Of a stretch of DNA of 64,000 bases, positions 62,691-64,000 are shown piece by piece. How positions within the stretch are numbered: the first letter of the stretch is position 1; each line of letters opens with the position of its first letter. Source of the DNA: Raillietiella orientalis. Lineage: Eukaryota. The position numbers and the translations under genes are program-made. The stretch covers positions 2,356,001-2,420,000 of the forward strand of contig JAYWIR010000010.1 in NCBI GenBank assembly GCA_036172245.1, given 5' to 3'. The notes beneath the pieces were generated by a model that did no database searches, was not told the DNA's origin, and saw only the letters and a program-made list of their open reading frames with translations.

Positions 62691-64000
62691 TCCTATAATT
62701 GTAGTTTTGAGATTGGACATCAAATTATTTTTGTCTATGAGAACTTATTAAGAGGGTTCGATGTTTACGATTACCCATCAATATGATTATGTTTTTAAGC
62801 ACATGGGTTAAATTTTATTGAAAATATTCAATAGTTTGAGTTAAGAAAAACGTTAGAATTCGATGTTATAATAGCTCTTATAATCCCAAAATAAGGACGC
62901 ATCTCTCAAACAAAATAGCACATTTATATTTCGATTTACTTTAAAATGGGGTATCCTGAGCAGTATAAAAATTAATAATGTACTTAATGTAACTTGACTT
63001 ACCTAATTCATGAAGAATTGAATCTTCAATCCTATATGCACCAGATGATGGATCTGGTCGTTTTTCAGATTTATTTGAGAACGACGTGACCATGATTCGG
63101 CAGAATTTATTTAGTATTTTCTACTTCTAATCTGAGAAATGCATTTTAAATATGTTTTGGTTGAGATTACTTATCACCAATGATTTCGATTTTCGATTCT
63201 GTTGGCATGGCGTATGCTGGTTAGACCATCTCGAAATAATAAAATTTCCAGGGTTTTCCTCTCTTAAATGTGATCTTTTCTAATAACTCCCGGCTACAAT
63301 TTTAACGCTTCACAAGTATAGACATGTTATGATCTTCATTTTAATTTTTCATCAATTTTATTCCTCCAAACAAGGGAAGCATCCAACATAGACTAAGAAG
63401 AGAAACGAATATCACTAGAGTACACGAAATCAATTCTGTGTGTAAGTGATCACAATAATTTTTGTAATTGTGGAGATTCATCAATGTTTTTCTAATAGAA
63501 ATCGTGTCAACTATCATGTTTTTTGTTGAAATTCTGAATGTTGACTATTCCCAAAAAATTTCCGCAGCTTACCATGAAATGCTATGGTAGATTGGAGCTA
63601 TGTAATCTCAAATAAAAGTTCCTTTTGTTGTTGTAGATTGTGGATTAGCAGTAAGCTGTACTGTAAAAGAATTTACCAAATTTTTCTAGAATATTCAGCT
63701 ACAAATCTTCATTGGTTTAGTTCATTACTCAAAAAGTTAATAAAATTAAAGTTAAGTACACATGAACACCATAATCTAATAATTTTTTTGTAGAAAACTT
63801 CTGCAATAATGTTGTTACATTGGTTAGGTTAATTTAATAACTTTTCTCTAGACAATTTCTACGAAACTAATTGTTTATAGAATTGTGAAAACAATAGAGA
63901 ATTGGACAGGATTAGTAACAATTTCCTTACAATAAAGTATATTTCCAGTAAATTAAATTTTAAATGACACTTTAGTGACATCGGCGTGAAAATTCAGCCT

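Overview
Eukaryotic, arthropod-like genomic DNA with many ~45-60 nt introns, in three blocks. (1) 1-20.7 kb is an accessory block. About 10 kb of stacked, decayed fragments read by eye as Mononegavirales/Jingchuvirales-type L (RdRp/capping/MTase) genes plus a possible glycoprotein, nearly all on the minus strand. They are followed by L1/Tx1-type LINE fragments surrounding an intact, GC-rich, two-exon secreted cystatin. (2) 21-50 kb is an AT-rich host block with Disabled (Dab, carrying an intronic atp6-cox3 NUMT) and ZC3H13/Flacc. (3) 51-63 kb is a second accessory block: head-to-tail LINE 3' ends with a covarying 3'-UTR RNA structure, a U6 snRNA/LINE chimeric retrocopy with a candidate 6-bp TSD, a Tx1-like ORF1, and more putative viral fossils. 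Most short ORFs in the supplied track are spurious. Viral and TE calls rest on hand translation across frameshifts and remembered motifs; their boundaries are approximate and need HMM/tblastn confirmation.
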